A DNA stretch of 30,130 nt from a virus (taxonomy: Duplodnaviria; Caudoviricetes). Below the pieces are notes generated by a model that was not told the origin of the DNA, made no database searches, and saw only the letters and a list, made by a program, of their open reading frames with translations. A program made the position numbers and the translations under genes. The DNA lies in IMG/VR virus record IMGVR_UViG_3300048558_000106, positions 1 to 30,130 of that record; one strand, 5' to 3'. This document shows, piece by piece, positions 6,274 through 16,109 of the stretch (within the stretch, counting starts at the first letter, position 1; each line of letters starts with the position of its first letter).

Positions 6274-8213
6274 TGGAAACACCATTCTCGATGTATCAGG
6301 TTGGAGCGGAGGCGTTGCTGCCGCCACGGGATATCTCGGTGTCGCAGTGGGCGGACGAAAACGTGGTGCTCACCGGATCCGGCTCGGCGGAACGGGGCCA
6401 GTGGCATACGAGACCGTACCAGCGGGAACCGATGGACGTTCTCAGCCCGAGCCATCCGTGCAAGCAGGTGGTGTTGATGTCCGCGGCACAGATGCTGAAG
6501 ACCTCCGTGATGGTGAACTTCCTGGGATACATCGCGGACGTAGACCCGGGCCCGACGCTGGCGGTGGAGCCGCGAGCGGAAGATGCCAAGGCGCTCTCCA
6601 AGGATCGTGTCGCGCCGCTGTTCCGGCATTCGCCGGCCCTCCGCGGGAAGCTCGCCGCCGTGAAATCTCGCGATTCGAACAACACGGCGATGCACAAGGT
6701 GTTCGCCAACGGTTCCGGACACATCACGTTCACCGGAGCCATCTCGTCGTCGGGCCTGGCCATGCGGCCGATCCGGTATCTTTTGCTGGACGAGGTGGAC
6801 AGATATCCCCTGAGCGCAGGATCGGAGGGCGATCCCGTATCGCTGGCGATGCAGCGCACCGGAGAGTTCGAGCACAACAAGAAAGTAATCATGTGCTCGA
6901 CGCCGACCGTCGACGGGGAGAGCCGGATCCAGGCGGCGTGGGATACGAGCGACCAGCGGGAGTACTTCGTGCCGTGCCCGCTGTGCGATCACTTCCAGAT
7001 CCTCGTCTTCAATGACGGCAAGGACGGGGGCGTCGTGTGGCCGGAAGGCAAGCCGGAGGAGGCTGCATACTGCTGCGAGAACTGTAAGAAGCTCATCCCG
7101 CACAGCCAAAAATCGTGGATGGTGGAGCGCGGCGAGTACCGTCCGCAGAATCCAGGGTCCCCGATTCCAGGGTTCCGGGTGTCGCAACTGATCTCTCCGA
7201 AGCGATCTTGGGGAACGATCGCCGCCGAGTTCCTGGTCGCCAACGAGTCGCGGGAGACGCTCAAGGCGTTCCTCAATACGGTGCTGGCAGAACTCTGGAA
7301 AGAGATCGGGACGGCGCCCGATTGGGAAAAGGTCTATCTGCGGAAAGAGGATTACGCCCTCGGAATCGTACCGGCAAAGGGACTGCTGCTGGTGGCTGGC
7401 GTCGATGTGCAGGACGACCGGATCGAGGTGGAGATCAAGGCATATGGCCGGGGCAAGGAGTCGTGGTCGGTCGACTATCGGGTGATCCAGGTGCCTGATC
7501 AGGCGGGGCAGCCGCTCAAGACGTCCTCTCCCGAGGTCTGGCAGGAGCTCGAAGCCGTGCTGGCGGCGGACTGGCCGCGCGAGTCGGGCGGCACCATGCC
7601 CATCATGGCCATGACGATCGACTCGGGCTACCGCCCGCAGATGGTGTACGACTTCGCCGCGCGCCACCCGCAGCCGGCGCACGGGCCTTCAGGCGACGCG
7701 ATCTCGGCGCCTCGCACGGTGGTGGTGACCAAGGGCAAGCCCGATTTTCTGAAACTGATCGCGTCGGTGTCGCCGACTGACGCCTCGCGCAAGCGGCAAA
7801 ACGTCCGGATCTGGCACATCGGCACGCACTGGGCGAAACAGGAGTTCTACGATTGGCTGCGGATCGTGCTGCCCGACGATGGCACTTACCCGCCCGGATA
7901 TCAGCACTACGCCTACAAGGATCAGGATTTCTATCGCGGGCTCTGCTCCGAGTCGCGGGTTGTGCGGGCCAGCGGAAAAGTGGAGTGGGTACCCGACAAG
8001 ACGGTCAGGAACGAGCCGCTCGACCTCGCGGTGCTCTGCCGGGCGGCCGCGGCAGTCTGTGGAATCGATCGCTTCTCGGCCGAGGATTGGGCGGAACTCG
8101 AGGGGAACATTACGGCGGATGCCCCGCGCCCGTCCAGAACCAGTGACTACTGGGGCGAACGCGAAGACCATTGGGGTGCGCGTGGCGACAGCGGCGGAGG
8201 CTGGTTCAAATGA
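6273..8213 (+). CDS. terL: Terminase large subunit, lambda GpA family
   Basis: SQWADE, PYQREPMD, Walker A-like SAAQMLKT, Walker B YLLLDEVD, STPT, two CxxC pairs, nuclease AGVDVQDDRIE, IDSGY, RNEPLDL. Confidence 0.97.
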   Translation: METPFSMYQVGAEALLPPRDISVSQWADENVVLTGSGSAERGQWHTRPYQREPMDVLSPSHPCKQVVLMSAAQMLKTSVMVNFLGYIADVDPGPTLAVEPRAEDAKALSKDRVAPLFRHSPALRGKLAAVKSRDSNNTAMHKVFANGSGHITFTGAISSSGLAMRPIRYLLLDEVDRYPLSAGSEGDPVSLAMQRTGEFEHNKKVIMCSTPTVDGESRIQAAWDTSDQREYFVPCPLCDHFQILVFNDGKDGGVVWPEGKPEEAAYCCENCKKLIPHSQKSWMVERGEYRPQNPGSPIPGFRVSQLISPKRSWGTIAAEFLVANESRETLKAFLNTVLAELWKEIGTAPDWEKVYLRKEDYALGIVPAKGLLLVAGVDVQDDRIEVEIKAYGRGKESWSVDYRVIQVPDQAGQPLKTSSPEVWQELEAVLAADWPRESGGTMPIMAMTIDSGYRPQMVYDFAARHPQPAHGPSGDAISAPRTVVVTKGKPDFLKLIASVSPTDASRKRQNVRIWHIGTHWAKQEFYDWLRIVLPDDGTYPPGYQHYAYKDQDFYRGLCSESRVVRASGKVEWVPDKTVRNEPLDLAVLCRAAAAVCGIDRFSAEDWAELEGNITADAPRPSRTSDYWGEREDHWGARGDSGGGWFK

Positions 8214-8428
8214 TTCAATTGAGCGAACTGCAAACGATGCGCGACGCGCTCCAGCGCGCAATGTTCAGCGGTACGCGCCGCGTCCAGTTCACGGATCGCG
8301 CGGTCGAGTACAACAGCATCGACGATATGCGGAAGGCGATTACCGACATCGACACGGCAATCGCCGTTGCGTCGGGGTCCGAAACGGCGTCATCTTCCTT
8401 CAGCCTGGCGGTACACAGCAGGGAGTAG
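8210..8428 (+). CDS. Head-tail joining protein (gpW-like, 72 aa)
   Basis: ATGA overlap with terL; sits between terL and portal; SGTRRVQFTDRAVEYNSIDDM pattern. Confidence 0.88.
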   Translation: MIQLSELQTMRDALQRAMFSGTRRVQFTDRAVEYNSIDDMRKAITDIDTAIAVASGSETASSSFSLAVHSRE

Positions 8429-9991
8429 ATGAACGCGCTCGACAAAGTGATCGGCTACTTCTCACCCGAGCAGGCTTACCGCCGCGCGCGGTTCCGCCTG
8501 GCCATCGAGACGTTCGCGTACGAGGGCGCGAAATCGGGCCGGCGTACGGACGGATGGATTGCGGCGGGCGGCGACGCCAATACGGAAATCGGCGCCTCGC
8601 TTACGGCGCTCAGGAACCGCTCGCGCGACCTGCTGCGCAACAACCCGTACGCCAGCAAGGCCATCGCGGAACTGGTTGGCAACACGGTCGGCACGGGTAT
8701 CGTTCCGCAGGCCAAGACGGGGACTCCGGCGCTCGACAAGATCATCGACGGGGAGTGGCCGTACTTCGCGGAGAATTGCGATCCGGGCGGACAGTTGGAT
8801 TTCTACGGCATGCAGGCGCTGGTCGTGCGGACGACCGCGGAGAGCGGAGACGGCATCATCCGCTTCCGTTCGCGGTTGCGGAAGGACGATTTTCGCGTGC
8901 CGCTTCAACTGCAGGTTATGGAAGGCGACCACCTGGACGTTTCCAGGTCCTCTCCAGTCGCGACCGGGCATATCGTGCAGGGGGTGCAGTTCAACCTGTT
9001 CGGGCAGCGCGAGTTCTACTGGCTCTACAACTGCCACCCGGGCGGCGTATCGACGTTGAATCCACGCGGAGGCATTCTCAGTCAGGCGGTGCCAGCCAGC
9101 GAGGTGATGCACACGTACTGCATCCTGCGGCCCGGCCAGGTTCGCGGCGTGCCGTGGCTCGCGCCGGTTATGCTGGCGCTCCGCGATCTCGACGACTACC
9201 GGGACGCCGAGCGCATGCGGAAAAAGACGGAGGCGTGTCTCGCAGGGATCGTGACGCGCGCCGAGGGTTCGGGCGGCCTGCCCATCGGCGCCAAGTCCAC
9301 CGATCCGAAGACCGGGAACACGCTGGAGCGGATGTATCCCGGCATGATCGAGTACCTGAAACCGGGCGAGGACATCAAGTTCAATGCGCCTTCCGCGGCG
9401 GGAGGCTACCGCGAGTACCTGATGGCGGAACTGCAGGGCGTCGGCGCGGGCGTGGACGTGCCGTACGAACTGCTTTCCGGGGACCTGTCGAACGTCAACT
9501 ATTCGTCTTATCGCGCCGGCATGCTGGGCTTCCGGAACGCAATCGAGGCGTTCCGCTGGTTGACGCTGATCCCGATGTACTGCCGGCCGGCGTGGCGCCG
9601 GTTCATCGACACCCTGGTGCTGATCGGCAAGCTGCCCGAGCCGAACTACGCCGTCCAGTGGACCGCGCCGAAGTTCGAGTCCGTCGATCCGCTGAAGGAT
9701 GCAATGGCTGAACTGAAGAAGATCCGCACCGGCACGTTGACGCTCACCGAAGCCATCGCACAGAACGGTTACGACCCGGAGAAGCAGTTGCTCGAAATCC
9801 AGCGGGTCAACGCGCTGCTCGACGAGTACGAAATCATCCTCGACTGCGACCCCCGCCACGTGAACGACAAGGGCGTCGAGCAACCGACCAGCAGCGCAGA
9901 TCCGGCGCCCGCGACGCCGGCACTCAAATCGTCGGCCCAATTCGCCGCGCACCACGAGCGGGATTCGAACACGAGGATCTACAGGTCGTAA
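8429..9991 (+). CDS. Portal protein, lambda family
   Basis: YEGA, LRNRSRDLLRNNPYA, RPGQVRGVPW, GDLSNVNYSSYRAG, VDPLKD motifs; 520 aa. Confidence 0.97.
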   Translation: MNALDKVIGYFSPEQAYRRARFRLAIETFAYEGAKSGRRTDGWIAAGGDANTEIGASLTALRNRSRDLLRNNPYASKAIAELVGNTVGTGIVPQAKTGTPALDKIIDGEWPYFAENCDPGGQLDFYGMQALVVRTTAESGDGIIRFRSRLRKDDFRVPLQLQVMEGDHLDVSRSSPVATGHIVQGVQFNLFGQREFYWLYNCHPGGVSTLNPRGGILSQAVPASEVMHTYCILRPGQVRGVPWLAPVMLALRDLDDYRDAERMRKKTEACLAGIVTRAEGSGGLPIGAKSTDPKTGNTLERMYPGMIEYLKPGEDIKFNAPSAAGGYREYLMAELQGVGAGVDVPYELLSGDLSNVNYSSYRAGMLGFRNAIEAFRWLTLIPMYCRPAWRRFIDTLVLIGKLPEPNYAVQWTAPKFESVDPLKDAMAELKKIRTGTLTLTEAIAQNGYDPEKQLLEIQRVNALLDEYEIILDCDPRHVNDKGVEQPTSSADPAPATPALKSSAQFAAHHERDSNTRIYRS

Positions 9992-10009
9992 AAGACAAAA
10001 GGAGTGCCT

Positions 10010-12055
10010 ATGCCCGACGAGATTACGCATCACGAGGCTGCGGCGCAAGCCGAGGGCGCTGCGGCCGCGGTTGTCGCCACCGGCCAGGGGTCGGACGATC
10101 CGGGCGCCCAGGTGGAGCGATTTGCGGTTGCCTTCGCGCCGGCCTCGGCCAGCGACGACAACCGGACAATCGACGCGGTCTGGTACACGGGCGCCAAGGT
10201 GCCTCGGCTCGACTGGCGCACGGGAGAGGAATACGACCTCATCCTCGACATGAACGCGTGCCGCATGGACCGCCTGAACAACGGCGGGCCCGTGTTGGAC
10301 TCGCATATGCCCTTCGGAGTGGACAGCCAACTCGGCGTGGTGCGTAGGGCATGGGCCGAGAACTCTACCGGCCTGGCCACGATTCAGTTCAGCAAGCGTG
10401 ACGCGGTGACGCCGATCTGGAACGACGTCAAGGGCGGCATCATTCAGAATCTCAGCCCCGGCATGTGGATCTACAAGAAAGTCGACACCACGCCGAAGGG
10501 CCAGGACCGCAGGGAATTCACCGCGACGGATTGGGAACCGTTCGAGATCTCCCTCGTATCAGTGCCCGCCGATGCGGCCACCAATTTCATGTCGGCGGCG
10601 GGAACGCCACCGGCATCACCGAGTTCAGTTAAAACGCAACGGGCATCTGCCCAAAAGGAGACACCTGTGGACCCTATCTCGCAGGCTGCGGGCGCGGATG
10701 CCCGCCAGGACGAAGCAGTACTCGCCGCGGCGCGCGACGAGGGAGCGAAGGCGGAACACCTGCGCGCGAAGACGATTCGCACGATGGTCGCCCCCTTCAG
10801 GTTCGAAGAACAGTTCGTGTCCGGGTTGATCGACGAGGGTCTGTCGGTCGAGACCGCCCGTGAGCGCGCCATGGCGAAACTCGCGGCGCAGTTTACCGAC
10901 TATCCAACCGACCCGACCAACACGAGCGTCACGATGGGCGCGGACGCGAACGACAAGCGCCGCGAGGCGATGGGCGCGGTATTGCTGCATCGTCTCAATC
11001 CCACGAAGTTCAAGGACGACACGGCCAACGAATACCGGTTCATGCGGCCTTCCGAGATGGCGAAGGAGTGCTTGAATCATGCCGGCATCAAGACGCGCGG
11101 GATGTCCCCGATGCAGTGGGCGACCCATGCCATGCAGGCGCCTCCCGCGACGTTCATCGGTCAGGTGTCCATGGAAACGCTGGGCGCGATGAGCACCACC
11201 GACTTCCCGTACATCCTGGCCAACGTCAACAGCAAGTACATGCTGGCGGCGTATGCCGAGGTGGAGTCCCGGTGGAAGGAACTCAGCCGGCAGCGCAACG
11301 CAACGGACTTCAAGACGCAATACCCGACTCTGGTCTCGGGCGCGGAGACGTTCGAGCTGATCCCCGAAAGCGGCGAGTACAAGTTCGGCGCTTTCGCCGA
11401 GAGCCGCGAGAGCTACGCCGTGAAGACGTACGGCAAGGTCTACGCGTTCACCCGCCAGATGCTCATCAACGACGACATGAACGTGTTTTCGGACATCTCG
11501 TTCGCGCAGGGACAGGCCGCCGCGCGGACCGAGGCGAACCTGTGGTGGGCGCTCGTGACCGCCAACGCGCAGATGGCCGATGGCCAGAACGTGTTCAGCG
11601 CGGCGCACAACAACCTGATCAATCCCGGCACCGCGATCTCGAACGACAGCCTGACCGTGGCGCGGGCGACGATCGCGAAGCAAACCGGAATGAAGGGAGA
11701 GGACCTGAACCTCGTGCCGGTCTTCCTGGTCGTGCCTCCGGACAAGCTCGGCCTCGCGCGATCCTTCACCACTCCGGTGCAGGCGACCGAAGGCGGCAAG
11801 ATCAACCTCTGGACCGACCTCACCCCGCTCACGGAGAACCGGCTCGGCCGCTCCAGCACCGTGGCGTGGTATCTCGCCTGCGCCGGCGCCTCGAATCCGC
11901 CCTCCATCGTCCATGCGTACATCGACGGGCAGGAAGGCGTGTACCAGGAATCGCGCGTGGGCTTCAACCCGGACGGCATCGAGTTCAAGGCGCGCATCGA
12001 CTTCGGCTGCGCATGGGTCTCCCATCGCGGCTGGGTCAAGAACAACGGGGCGTAA
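10010..12055 (+). CDS. Prohead protease-scaffold-major capsid fusion protein
   Basis: AAGGAG RBS before ATG 10010. N-terminal protease (LDSH...GVV...WEPFEISLVSVPAD), helical linker, then capsid domain (STTDFPYILAN, E.GEYKFG, TYGKVYAFTRQMLINDD, DGIEFKARIDFG). Confidence 0.95.
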   Translation: MPDEITHHEAAAQAEGAAAAVVATGQGSDDPGAQVERFAVAFAPASASDDNRTIDAVWYTGAKVPRLDWRTGEEYDLILDMNACRMDRLNNGGPVLDSHMPFGVDSQLGVVRRAWAENSTGLATIQFSKRDAVTPIWNDVKGGIIQNLSPGMWIYKKVDTTPKGQDRREFTATDWEPFEISLVSVPADAATNFMSAAGTPPASPSSVKTQRASAQKETPVDPISQAAGADARQDEAVLAAARDEGAKAEHLRAKTIRTMVAPFRFEEQFVSGLIDEGLSVETARERAMAKLAAQFTDYPTDPTNTSVTMGADANDKRREAMGAVLLHRLNPTKFKDDTANEYRFMRPSEMAKECLNHAGIKTRGMSPMQWATHAMQAPPATFIGQVSMETLGAMSTTDFPYILANVNSKYMLAAYAEVESRWKELSRQRNATDFKTQYPTLVSGAETFELIPESGEYKFGAFAESRESYAVKTYGKVYAFTRQMLINDDMNVFSDISFAQGQAAARTEANLWWALVTANAQMADGQNVFSAAHNNLINPGTAISNDSLTVARATIAKQTGMKGEDLNLVPVFLVVPPDKLGLARSFTTPVQATEGGKINLWTDLTPLTENRLGRSSTVAWYLACAGASNPPSIVHAYIDGQEGVYQESRVGFNPDGIEFKARIDFGCAWVSHRGWVKNNGA

Positions 12056-12088
12056 CAGGATTCGAGGATCGAGGAGAGGAGATACGAA

Positions 12089-13051
12089 ATGGCAAAGAAT
12101 CTGATCATGCAAAACGGACGTCAGTTCCCCGTGGTGTGCACCAGTCCGGCAGTGCCCACTTCCGGCATCCCGGTGCGGTACGGGAACATGACCGGCGTGG
12201 CGCTGAACGACGAAGGCGCGGGCGGGGTAGCGCTGGCGACCGAAACCGTGGTGGACTTCGGGCAGGCGATCTGGGACATCGAAGTGGTAGACACGGGCGG
12301 CGGCGGGATCGCGGCCGGCGACACGTTGTTCTTCCACGACGCCAACCCGCCCACCATCAACAGCGTTTCGGCGGCGGGTTACTTCTTCGGCTTCGCGCTC
12401 GAAGCGGTCGGAGCCGGGGCCACCGACACCATCAACGTGCTGCACATGCCCAGCCCCGCGGCGGGCGCGCTCGGCGCGGGCACGGTCGGGACCGTGAACC
12501 TGGCAACCGATTCGGTCGACAACAACATCCTCGCCAACATCGCGCGAGGCTCGGTAAAGGTCGGCGGTGTGGCCAACGCTCCGACGGACCTGGACTGCAA
12601 GACCGCTGGGCAGATCCTGGTCGGCGACGGCACGGGAGTCGCTTCGGTCGCGGTGTCGGTCGACGCCAGCCTGAGCGCGGCCGGAGTGCTGCGCGTGCTG
12701 AAGATGGGCGTGGCCGCCAACGGCACGGTTGTTGCGAACAACGCCACCGGCAACATCGCGGCGGGCGATCTCGATAAGATCCACACCAACACCGGCGCGG
12801 GCGGCGCCATCGTGCTTACATTGCCCGCGGTCGCAGGCAACGGTGGGAAGTTTCTCAAGGCGCAGGTCACCGTGGCGCAGACCGTCACGCTCACACCCCA
12901 AGTCGGAGAGGCCATCTTCCTCGGCGGCAGCGGCGTGGTGTCGAAGTATCTGCTGATCGCGGGCGTGATCAGCAACCACGTGGACGTCTACTGCGACGGC
13001 GCGCGGTGGCTGGTGTTGAACTATTCCGGCGTCGTGACCAAGGAAGCGTAA
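12089..13051 (+). CDS. Capsid decoration/cement protein (DUF2190-like) with a C-terminal fibre-like extension
   Basis: Directly after the capsid gene. The first ~120 aa show SG.PV..G...GVAL.D...G...AGDTLFF...FFGFALEAVGAG; ~200 extra Gly/Ala/Val-rich residues follow. Confidence 0.75.
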   Translation: MAKNLIMQNGRQFPVVCTSPAVPTSGIPVRYGNMTGVALNDEGAGGVALATETVVDFGQAIWDIEVVDTGGGGIAAGDTLFFHDANPPTINSVSAAGYFFGFALEAVGAGATDTINVLHMPSPAAGALGAGTVGTVNLATDSVDNNILANIARGSVKVGGVANAPTDLDCKTAGQILVGDGTGVASVAVSVDASLSAAGVLRVLKMGVAANGTVVANNATGNIAAGDLDKIHTNTGAGGAIVLTLPAVAGNGGKFLKAQVTVAQTVTLTPQVGEAIFLGGSGVVSKYLLIAGVISNHVDVYCDGARWLVLNYSGVVTKEA

Positions 13052-13059
13052 GACCGCAC

Positions 13060-13362
13060 GTGGAGTGGGCGCAACAATCAAGCCAGGCGAACCTGGCGAT
13101 GCTGGCCACGTTCGGTCAGCCGGTCACCTACCGGCAGGGCGCCGGCGATCCGTTCCAGGTGGCCGGCATCCTGCAGAAGGAGACCGACGAGCAGCAACTC
13201 CAGGACGGCGTGTACGCCAGCATGTTCGTACTGCTGGCCGATTTCCCGTCGCGTCCGGACCCCGGCGACGAGCTCGCCGTCGATGGGACGAGCTATACCG
13301 TCTACGAGGTGTCGGTCGATCTAACCGGGGCTGTGCGCCTGCGACTGCGCCAAAACTCGTGA
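13060..13362 (+). CDS. Head-tail joining protein (gpFII-like, ~100 aa)
   Basis: Position; FGQPVTY...PDPGDELAVDGTSYTV beta-barrel pattern; GTG start at 13060. Confidence 0.8.
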   Translation: MEWAQQSSQANLAMLATFGQPVTYRQGAGDPFQVAGILQKETDEQQLQDGVYASMFVLLADFPSRPDPGDELAVDGTSYTVYEVSVDLTGAVRLRLRQNS

Positions 13363-13369
13363 GGCTTTC

Positions 13370-13825
13370 ATGGCTTCGGTGCGAATCTGGCAGAAAAAGG
13401 AGGTTCGCCTCGACCGGCTCAACGTCAAGCAGACGCAGATGTTCAAGATCGCCAACGTCGGCGTGGCGTCCGTCAAGAACCGTTTGGCGGCGGCGCAGGG
13501 ACCGACCGATGGCGCGGCCAAGCCGCTCTCCCGCTACTATGCAATCCGCAAGACCAAGATGGGCAAGGGCAACCGCCGCAACCTGATGCTGACCGGCGAC
13601 ATGCTCCGGAATTTCCAGGTCCGGACGGTGAGCGAGAACAAGGCCAAGGCCAGCAACTCGACCCGCAAGGACCGCATCAAAGCCTGGATCACCCAGAAGA
13701 TCGAGGCTTGGGTGGTGTTCTCCCCCAAGAACCGCGAGGTCGTCCAGCAGGCCGCAAAGAAACTCATCATGGAAATGGCGCCGCGCCTCGCGGTGGAGCG
13801 CAGCCTCGGCGGCAGACAGCAATGA
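13370..13825 (+). CDS. Neck/tail-completion (virion morphogenesis) protein
   Basis: Position; very basic; KPLS..Y...K...NLMLTGDML motif of virion morphogenesis proteins. Confidence 0.7.
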   Translation: MASVRIWQKKEVRLDRLNVKQTQMFKIANVGVASVKNRLAAAQGPTDGAAKPLSRYYAIRKTKMGKGNRRNLMLTGDMLRNFQVRTVSENKAKASNSTRKDRIKAWITQKIEAWVVFSPKNREVVQQAAKKLIMEMAPRLAVERSLGGRQQ

Positions 13826-14295
13826 TCGACACCTCAGTCCTGGTAGACAACCTCGTCGCCGTCCTGCGCGACATTCCGGAACTGGTCGAGGAGATGGGCG
13901 GCGATCCGGAGCGGATCTTCGCGTACCACGATCAGTACCCCAAAAAGGTCAGCCTGACGCACGCCATCCACCAGATGCCCGCACCGTCGATCATGGCGGT
14001 CTGGCAGGGCACCGGCCCCGGTCCGTTCGGCGGGATGGACGTGTGGAAGCATCAGATCACGCTGTTCCTGCGTGCGCGCGAAACGTTCGACGGCGACCCG
14101 CCGACTCCGTACTACCGGCTATTCCGGTTGATCACGAAGGGAGTTCCGGCCGCGAGCGGGCAGGAGATGCTCAACACCACGATCCACACCAACTGCCATC
14201 CTATGGACCTGCCGTTGATCCAACGTCAGGCGGATGCGGAGGGCCTGGATTACTTCGAGGTCCCGATTACCTTCACCGAGATTGGAGACGAATGA
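13822..14295 (+). CDS. Probable tail terminator protein (157 aa)
   Basis: ATGA overlap at 13822; acidic, size and position just upstream of the tail tube gene. Confidence 0.65.
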   Translation: MIDTSVLVDNLVAVLRDIPELVEEMGGDPERIFAYHDQYPKKVSLTHAIHQMPAPSIMAVWQGTGPGPFGGMDVWKHQITLFLRARETFDGDPPTPYYRLFRLITKGVPAASGQEMLNTTIHTNCHPMDLPLIQRQADAEGLDYFEVPITFTEIGDE

Positions 14296-14453
14296 TGCCC
14301 GAAACAATTTGGATGAAGCCGCCTTTCGGAGTGGGTGAACCGAAGGAGATCGAAGCGACGCCCGCCGTGCTCACGCCCTACATGGTCTCGGGCTGGACCC
14401 AGTGCGACCCGCCCGCCAGCCACAAGGAGGTAACGACCGATGTCGACGACTAG
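14292..14453 (+). CDS. Small hypothetical protein (53 aa)
   Basis: GGAG RBS and ATGA overlap; fills the gap between terminator and tube genes. Confidence 0.65.
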   Translation: MMPETIWMKPPFGVGEPKEIEATPAVLTPYMVSGWTQCDPPASHKEVTTDVDD

Positions 14454-15480
14454 ACTCCAGGAGGTCCTGGTCTGCTTCGGTAAGAAAAAGCAGGCCGATA
14501 TCGCGACGGCGCAGGCTGCCGCCGACATGTGGCGCTTCAGCAAGATCAACGCGGCGCTCGCCAACCCGAAACTGGCGACCGAAAACGACGCCGACGAATA
14601 TGGCAAGGGCCACGAGTTCCCGACCGCCACATTCAAGACGGCGTGGGATGTCAGCGTTGCGTTGGAGAAGTATCTCAGCGCGGAGATCGGCGCGTGGGCG
14701 GTCGCGTTCGGCCTGGGCAAGGTCGTGAAGTCGGGCGCGGTGAACTTCGTGTACACCTGCACGCCGTTGATTCCCTCCGCTGGCGACGCGGCGGAACTCC
14801 CGTACCTTTCGTACGTCGAGCAGATCCGTCCTGGCGGCGGCGTGGTCGTGGACCGGCAGGCGGTCGGCATGGCCGTCGAGTCGTTCCAGATCAGCGTGGG
14901 CTCCGGGCCTGGCCGCGCCAACAGCAAGATCAGCGTCGAACTGGTCGGCTCCGGCAAGGTCATCGACACCGCGACCGGCATCACGATGCCCGCCGCGACG
15001 ACGGAGAAGCTCCTGCCCCCCGCATCTCTTACGCTGACCATCAACGGCGTCGATTACGTCACCAACAAGAACATCGTCTCCCTGGAGACGGGCTGGAAGA
15101 ACAACATCCGGATGGACGCGGGCTTCTACCCCGGATCCGGCTTCCAGACTCCTGGCGACGGGTCCACGGGCGCGATCCGCGGCAGGCTGGAGTTCGGCAA
15201 CCGCGCAGGCAATCTCCGGTTCGTCGCGCGCTTTGAGAACGGCTCGTCGGAGTATACGAAACTCAAGGCGCAGACCACCGGCACGGCGGTCGTCCACCTC
15301 CAGTTCGACACCAACAACTCGCTCGATCTGACGTGGCAGCAGGTCGCCTATTCCGTGGTCGAGATCGCGGAGACGGACCAGATCCTCACAGTCGCGGTCG
15401 AGTGCATCCCGATGTACCACTCCGTCAACGGCATCCTGACGGCGGTAGGCAAGTGCGCCGTGGACGCGATCTGCCAGTAA
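14440..15480 (+). CDS. Major tail tube protein (346 aa)
   Basis: AAGGAGGT RBS; beta-rich; directly upstream of the frameshifted chaperone and tape measure. Confidence 0.8.
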   Translation: MSTTRLQEVLVCFGKKKQADIATAQAAADMWRFSKINAALANPKLATENDADEYGKGHEFPTATFKTAWDVSVALEKYLSAEIGAWAVAFGLGKVVKSGAVNFVYTCTPLIPSAGDAAELPYLSYVEQIRPGGGVVVDRQAVGMAVESFQISVGSGPGRANSKISVELVGSGKVIDTATGITMPAATTEKLLPPASLTLTINGVDYVTNKNIVSLETGWKNNIRMDAGFYPGSGFQTPGDGSTGAIRGRLEFGNRAGNLRFVARFENGSSEYTKLKAQTTGTAVVHLQFDTNNSLDLTWQQVAYSVVEIAETDQILTVAVECIPMYHSVNGILTAVGKCAVDAICQ

Positions 15481-15491
15481 GGAGACTTCCG

Positions 15492-16109
15492 ATGGACAGC
15501 AACACTCCTGTATTCGACGCGACCAGGCCGGTCGCCATCAACCTCCGCGGCCCGGACGGCGTGAAGACCGTCCGGGTCCGCTTCCCCTCCGACGACGAGT
15601 GGGCCGAACGCCAGCGCCGCCGCAAGGTCATCGTGAAGCAACTTGGGCGCGGGATCTCTGAAACGACGATCCCGAACGGCGAGGATATCGACGCCGCGAT
15701 GCTGGCGAAGATCCGCACCGAGGAGGAACCCGAAGTCGACGCGTTCGAGGCGCAGAAGGTCGTCGAGCAGTTGGCCACCTGCGACGTGGACGATGTCGTG
15801 TTGGCCGGCGACGCCTTCCGTGTGACGCTCCGAGTGCTGGGTGGCACCACCACGTTGCTCATCAAGATGCCGTCCGCGAAGGACGTGAACCAGTACCGGC
15901 GCGGCTTCGCTCGCGTCCTGGACCTGCCGTTCAACCGCCAGGAACTCACCGTCAACGTGCGCGCGGGCGGCGACCTCTACAAGAAGCTCATCGACGCCAC
16001 CGAAGGATACGCCGGAGACGTGCCGATTATCCATCAGGCGGTCGCGGTCAAAGCCGCCATCGATGCTCTCGACGCATCCTTCCAGGAGGATCGGGACGCA
16101 AGTTTTTAA
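15492..16109 (+). CDS. Tail assembly chaperone (gpG-like, 205 aa)
   Basis: AAGGAG RBS before ATG 15492; between tube and tape measure; ends in slippery A AGT TTT TAA. Confidence 0.8.
   Translation: MDSNTPVFDATRPVAINLRGPDGVKTVRVRFPSDDEWAERQRRRKVIVKQLGRGISETTIPNGEDIDAAMLAKIRTEEEPEVDAFEAQKVVEQLATCDVDDVVLAGDAFRVTLRVLGGTTTLLIKMPSAKDVNQYRRGFARVLDLPFNRQELTVNVRAGGDLYKKLIDATEGYAGDVPIIHQAVAVKAAIDALDASFQEDRDASF

Noticed and set aside
7879-9711. 610-aa and 569-aa (11068-12777) alternative-frame + ORFs
   Set aside because: Arg/Gly-rich off-frame readings overlapping the terminase/portal and capsid genes; expected at this GC content.
10625-13081. 818-aa minus-strand ORF (likewise 8462-10330, 17184-19793, 24346-27108, 28058-30070)
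   Set aside because: Antisense shadows of real high-GC genes: Arg/His/Val-rich and motif-free, lying exactly opposite well-supported CDSs.
14440-15480. Contractile tail or gene transfer agent interpretation
   Set aside because: No contractile sheath or baseplate wedge genes are present; a GpA-type terminase, lambda portal and 1117-aa tape measure do not match RcGTA-type clusters.
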